A stretch of 64,000 bases of DNA. Origin: a bacterium. GTDB lineage: Bacteria > Hydrothermota > 32-111. The notes beneath the pieces were generated by a model, which saw only the letters and a program-made list of their open reading frames with translations, had not been told where the DNA came from and did not search any database. Where the stretch lies: contig JBFXGO010000002.1 in assembly GCA_050239825.1 (NCBI GenBank), forward strand, positions 817-64,816, read 5' to 3'. Shown here piece by piece: positions 60,048 through 64,000 of the stretch. Numbering within the stretch: position 1 is the first letter of the stretch; each line of letters starts with the position of its first letter. Made by a program: the position numbers and the translations under genes.

Positions 60048-60354
60048 CTTATTTGTCTTAATCCACCTCAACGCAGAAGATCTCTGGGTTCCGCCGGTTC
60101 TCTCTCTAATATTTCCGGGAGGCGGACAGGTGTATAACAAAGATTATTTAAAGGCGGGAATATTTGCGGCTGCAGAGATAACAACTGCCGCAGTTTTATA
60201 CAAAGAATTTAAATCCGAAGGAGAAAGAACCCTGCTATACAGGGATATTCTTGCAGGAGTCATTCTCTTTTCAATTCTTGACGCATATGTTTCCAAAGAA
60301 CTTAAAGAGATAAAAGAAGGGGAGGTTCTATCAGATACACTGCCGAAGAAATAA
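60019..60354 (+). CDS. Small secreted or membrane protein, DUF5683-like
   Basis: Signal-like N-terminus. FPGGGQVYNKDYLKAGIFAAAE resembles the PGLGQIYN motif of DUF5683 proteins. Confidence 0.45.
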   Translation: MKKILFTLFSLFVLIHLNAEDLWVPPVLSLIFPGGGQVYNKDYLKAGIFAAAEITTAAVLYKEFKSEGERTLLYRDILAGVILFSILDAYVSKELKEIKEGEVLSDTLPKK

Positions 60355-60893
60355 GAGAATGCTTTAAATCCAGTAAGATAGATATTTCAAAAAAACAAGC
60401 GGAATCATTTGAATTATACCTCAACCTCATAGTTAAATGGAACAAGAGTGTCTCCCTCGTTTCTCACAGAGATGAGATATCTCTGATTGAAAAACACCTT
60501 CTTGATTCTGCCGCAGGTTTGGTTTCCTCGGGGATAGAAGACAAAGAAAAGATAACGGATTTGGGTTCCGGTAATGGATTTCCTGCAATCCCGATAAAAA
60601 TTCTGCTTCCCGATACGATTGTGGATATGGTTGAAGTAAACCAGAGAAAAGCTGCGTTTTTGAAAGAGGCTGTAAGAGTTCTTGAAATACAAAACATCAA
60701 TGTCCTATGTGAAAGAGTTGAGGATTATGAATTCTCTTTCACAGAAAAAATTACAGCGAGGGCTTTTAAACCCATAGAAGAAATTAAAAAGATTCTTTTG
60801 CCCTCAAGGTTCTGCGGAGAGATTATTGTCTGGGAAAAGAGAAGTGGCGCAAGAGTCGCAAAATACCCGTTCTGTAATGTGGAAAAGATGTGA
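60330..60893 (+). CDS. rsmG: 16S rRNA (guanine527-N7)-methyltransferase RsmG (GidB). The 5' boundary is uncertain because there is no in-frame ATG, GTG or TTG before 60519.
   Basis: The frame open from 60306 encodes FELYLNLIVKWNKSVSLVSHRDEISLIEKHLLDSAAG (RsmG N-terminus) and DLGSGNGFPAIPIKILLPD (SAM-binding motif). The supplied ORF (60519-60893) starts at an internal TTG. Candidate non-canonical starts are ATC at 60330 and ATA at 60351. Confidence 0.7.
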   Translation: MRYTAEEIRECFKSSKIDISKKQAESFELYLNLIVKWNKSVSLVSHRDEISLIEKHLLDSAAGLVSSGIEDKEKITDLGSGNGFPAIPIKILLPDTIVDMVEVNQRKAAFLKEAVRVLEIQNINVLCERVEDYEFSFTEKITARAFKPIEEIKKILLPSRFCGEIIVWEKRSGARVAKYPFCNVEKM

Positions 60894-60895
60894 AA

Positions 60896-60911
60896 TGTTC
60901 CACGTGGAACA
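60896..60911. promoter_or_regulatory. parS centromere site TGTTCCACGTGGAACA (perfect 16-bp palindrome)
   Basis: Matches the parS consensus TGTTNCACGTGNAACA. Overlaps the rsmG stop. Confidence 0.7.
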
Positions 60912-61003
60912 TTTGCAACCGAAATATTATTCCGCTAAGTTATTGTAAATAAGATACATTTGATTTTTCCGTACAAAATAGTTTTCCACAAAACAAATTT
61001 CAT

Positions 61004-61019
61004 TGTTCCACGTGGAACA
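61004..61019. promoter_or_regulatory. Second parS site TGTTCCACGTGGAACA, 49 bp upstream of parA. A DnaA-box-like TTTTCCACA lies at 60982-60990.
   Basis: Identical 16-bp palindrome. Confidence 0.7.
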
Positions 61020-61067
61020 AAAAAAATGCTTGAAATATTTTCTTCTTTGTGGTAATATTGCCCTCTG

Positions 61068-61856
61068 ATGAAAAGAATAATTGCAATTGCAAATCAAAAG
61101 GGCGGAGTCGGAAAAACAACCACCGCCGTAAATCTTGGAGCGGCTCTCGGGGTGGCTGAAAAGAAGACACTGCTTATTGACATAGACCCTCAGGCAAATG
61201 CCACATCCTCTTTGGGATATTATGACAAGAATTTTCTCGGAAGAAGCGTTTATGATGTTCTTGCTAACAAAGTTTCAATTGAGGATACGATTGTACACAC
61301 AGAGCTTGAGTATCTTGACCTTCTGCCGTCAGACATATCTCTTGCCGCAACGGATGTTGAGCTTGTCGGGCTTGAAAGAAAAGAGCATCTGTTAAAGCAT
61401 TCTCTCAGCCCCATTTTAAACAGGTATGAATATATTCTTATTGATTGTCCGCCCTCTCTTCAAATTCTGACTCTCAATGCGCTTGTGGCGGCTCATTCGA
61501 TATTGATTCCGGTTCAGGCGGAGTTTTACGCTGTTGAGGGGTTGGCGAAACTTCTCAATACGATTAACAGCGTGCGTCAGGCTTTGAATGACGACCTTGA
61601 AATAGAGGGTGTTTTGATTACAATGTATGATTCCCGTCTCACATTGGCTCGGCAGGTTGCGGACGAGGTTCTCAACTATTTCAAGAGTTCTGTTTATAAG
61701 ACATACATTCCGAGAAATGTGCGTCTTGCCGAAGCACCGTCATTCGGAAAACCAATTATAATTTTTGATCCGGTTTCAAACGGCTCAAAGGCTTATTTGG
61801 AGCTGGCAAAGGAGTTGATTGAAAAGCATGAAAAAGGCGTTGGGTCGAGGTCTTGA
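61068..61856 (+). CDS. parA: Chromosome partitioning ATPase ParA/Soj
   Basis: Deviant Walker A NQKGGVGKTTT. Full-length ParA architecture. Confidence 0.95.
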   Translation: MKRIIAIANQKGGVGKTTTAVNLGAALGVAEKKTLLIDIDPQANATSSLGYYDKNFLGRSVYDVLANKVSIEDTIVHTELEYLDLLPSDISLAATDVELVGLERKEHLLKHSLSPILNRYEYILIDCPPSLQILTLNALVAAHSILIPVQAEFYAVEGLAKLLNTINSVRQALNDDLEIEGVLITMYDSRLTLARQVADEVLNYFKSSVYKTYIPRNVRLAEAPSFGKPIIIFDPVSNGSKAYLELAKELIEKHEKGVGSRS

Positions 61857-62670
61857 ATCTCTGATTTCGGGAACCGAGCAGAGAGAGATTAGGCAGATAT
61901 CTATTAAGCAGGTCAAACCCAATCCGTTTCAGCCAAGAAAGACCTTTGTAGAAGAGGACCTTTCGGAACTGACGGAATCAATCAGAGCAAATGGTGTGCT
62001 TCAGCCGATAACAGTAAGAAGAAAGAATGATTTCTTTGAAATTGTCGCCGGAGAGAGGCGGTTCAGAGCATCTGTCTCTGCAGGTCTTAAAGAGATTCCC
62101 GCAGTGATAAAAGAGATTCCTGACGAAAAAATGCTTGAGTTCGCTCTTGTCGAAAACATACAGAGGGAAAATCTGAATGCTCTTGATGAGGCGATGGGAT
62201 ACAGAGATCTGTCAGACAAGTTTCACCTTACGCACGAAGTTATTTCGGAAAGAATGGGAAAATCCCGTTCGCACATATCAAATATGCTGAGAATCCTTGA
62301 GCTTGAAACTCACATAAGAAAGATGATTTCGGAAAATACACTCTCATTCGGTCATGCAAAGGTTCTCTTATCCATAAAAGACAAAAACCGTCGTCTTTTA
62401 ATAGCGCAGAAAATTGTAAGAGAAAAACTCTCGGTAAGAGATGTTGAAAACCTTCTCTCCTCAAAGCAAAAAAGTCTTCCTGTTAAAGAGAAGAGAGTCG
62501 ACCATAAATCAAGCCACATAAAGAATCTCGAAAACAGAATCTCTGAGCAGTTTTCAAGAAAAGCAGAGATTTCATATAAAAAAGGAAAGGGAAAGGTCTC
62601 TCTTGAATTTTATTCGGATGATGATTTCAAAGTTCTTTTAGAGAAACTTGGGCTTAAAAATTTTGATTAG
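61819..62670 (+). CDS. parB: Chromosome partitioning protein ParB/Spo0J
   Basis: GERRFRAS arginine patch. HTH region. Overlaps parA by 38 bp. Confidence 0.9.
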   Translation: MKSMKKALGRGLESLISGTEQREIRQISIKQVKPNPFQPRKTFVEEDLSELTESIRANGVLQPITVRRKNDFFEIVAGERRFRASVSAGLKEIPAVIKEIPDEKMLEFALVENIQRENLNALDEAMGYRDLSDKFHLTHEVISERMGKSRSHISNMLRILELETHIRKMISENTLSFGHAKVLLSIKDKNRRLLIAQKIVREKLSVRDVENLLSSKQKSLPVKEKRVDHKSSHIKNLENRISEQFSRKAEISYKKGKGKVSLEFYSDDDFKVLLEKLGLKNFD

Positions 62671-62678
62671 GAGTATAG

Positions 62679-63716
62679 ATGAAAAACATGCTTGAAACAG
62701 TCAAATCCCTCACTATGGCTATAGGTCCTTCAGGCGCCGAAGATTCTCTGTTTAAGGTTGTGAAGAATCTTGTCAGAGGGTTTGATGTGAGTGTCGAAAA
62801 GGACAGAATGGGAAATATAATTGTAATGAAAAAAGGAAACAGAAAGGGAAGAGTCGCCTTTTTCACACACAATGATGAAATAGGTCTTATAGTGACTAAG
62901 ATAGATAAGGATTACCTTCGCTTTACAGAGGTGGGCGGATACGATGAAAAAGTTCTTTTGGGGCAAGAGGTCATTGTTTATGGAAAGAAAGAGATAAAGG
63001 GTATAATAGGAGCAAAACCACCGCACCTTCAGACAAAAGGAGAAAGCGATAAGTTCCTTAAATTCGAGGACTTATACATAGATATCGCAATGAAAAACAA
63101 GGATATAGTTAAATATATATCAGTTGGAGACAGGGTGGTAATAAGAAGCGACTTTGCAGAAATGAAGCAAAATTCAGTATGTGTGAAGGCTCTCGACAAT
63201 CGTTCCTGCGGAGCAATAATACTTTACATGCTCAAGTACCTTGAGAATGTTAAGAGTCATCCGGACATTTACCTTGTTTTGAACTCTCAGGAGGAGACAA
63301 CTATGACCGGGTCTAAAACCTCCGCATATAAATTGAATCCGGATGTAGCATTTGTTCTTGATGTGACATTTGCCAAACAAACCGGATATGAACAGGGATA
63401 TGCTCTCGACAAAATAGGATTCGGAATGGGAGCAAATATCTGCAAGAGAATCTTTGATTTTGTCAGAAAAAGCGCAGATGAAAACAATATCCAGTATTTT
63501 ATAGAGCCGCTTCCTTCAATGTCAGGCACTGACGCCTATGCTGTGCAGACTGTAAAGAGGGGAGTGACCACAATGCTGATATCTCTTCCCATAAGAAATA
63601 TGCACTCTCCTGTTGAAATAGCCAGCACCAAGACAATGGAGGATGCTTCAAAATTCCTCTCACTTCTTATGGCAACAATCAAGACGGAAGATTTCAAAGA
63701 AAGAATATTAAAATAA
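62679..63716 (+). CDS. M42-family (FrvX/YsdC-like) aminopeptidase
   Basis: TMAIGPSGAEDSL start. M42 metal-site region FFTHNDEIGLIV. Family-typical length. Confidence 0.85.
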   Translation: MKNMLETVKSLTMAIGPSGAEDSLFKVVKNLVRGFDVSVEKDRMGNIIVMKKGNRKGRVAFFTHNDEIGLIVTKIDKDYLRFTEVGGYDEKVLLGQEVIVYGKKEIKGIIGAKPPHLQTKGESDKFLKFEDLYIDIAMKNKDIVKYISVGDRVVIRSDFAEMKQNSVCVKALDNRSCGAIILYMLKYLENVKSHPDIYLVLNSQEETTMTGSKTSAYKLNPDVAFVLDVTFAKQTGYEQGYALDKIGFGMGANICKRIFDFVRKSADENNIQYFIEPLPSMSGTDAYAVQTVKRGVTTMLISLPIRNMHSPVEIASTKTMEDASKFLSLLMATIKTEDFKERILK

Positions 63717-63725
63717 GGAAAAAAA

Positions 63726-64000
63726 ATGAACATCCTACTTAAAAAACTCACAGAAGCAAGCGGAGTCTCCGGATGCGAGGATTCTGTGCGCGATATAATC
63801 ATTGAAGAGATTAAACCATTCTGCGATTCCCTTAAAATAGATAAGATGGGAAACCTTATAGCATTCAAAAAAGGGGCTCTTTCAAAGAAAAAGAAAATAA
63901 TGCTCGGAGCGCACATGGATGAGGTCGGATTCATGATAAAATCGATTGATGAAAACGGAGCTCTTAAGTTCATGACCGCAGGTTCAATAGACCGGAGGGT
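63726..64000 (+). CDS. Second M42-family aminopeptidase paralog. Partial, runs off the window end.
   Basis: MNILLKKLTEASGVSGCEDSVRDII...LGAHMDEVGFMIKSID parallels the N-terminus of the preceding gene. No stop before the window end. Confidence 0.7.
   Translation, partial: MNILLKKLTEASGVSGCEDSVRDIIIEEIKPFCDSLKIDKMGNLIAFKKGALSKKKKIMLGAHMDEVGFMIKSIDENGALKFMTAGSIDRR

Noticed and set aside
1-64000. tRNA and rRNA genes
   Set aside because: I scanned intergenic regions for the GTTCGAATC/TTCGA T-loop context and for 16S/23S-like conserved blocks and found none. All long non-coding stretches are accounted for by repeats or promoter regions.

Overview
This window is an origin-proximal piece of an AT-rich bacterial chromosome. 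It carries dnaA-dnaN with a DnaA-box cluster, and rsmG-parA-parB with two palindromic parS sites. Several secreted proteins end in a C-terminal domain like those that target cargo to the type IX secretion system (T9SS), and the genes have strong Shine-Dalgarno sites and sigma70-like -35/-10 promoters. These point to an uncultivated T9SS-bearing (FCB-group-like) lineage that uses Shine-Dalgarno sites, which is an inference.

The rest of the window holds:
- a run of secreted hydrolases: S8 protease, M28, M42 and S9-like peptidases, an endonuclease-I nuclease, PmbA/TldD and PepF
- housekeeping genes: add, purE, tsaC, uvrC and mrcA
- a cell-surface glycan precursor cluster: DegT aminotransferase, hexapeptide acetyltransferase, epimerase and two initiating phosphosugar transferases
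- an ABC-2 exporter
- a patch of decayed mobile-element remnants at 8.8-12.3 kb

Two things stand out as possibly undescribed.

1. A five-gene minus-strand operon at 293-8783 encodes two membrane-anchored Hanks Ser/Thr kinases and a PP2C phosphatase. It is bracketed by two paralogous membrane proteins whose extracytoplasmic parts are non-catalytic FGE-sulfatase (SUMF1-like) domains. The two paralogs are directly repeated and near-identical at their 3' ends.
2. A mosaic, GC-rich interspersed repeat family shows compensatory base changes that preserve hairpins. It forms an array of about 1.85 kb directly downstream of dnaN (54478-56330), with a second locus at 15174-15672.

No tRNA, rRNA or CRISPR array was recognised.
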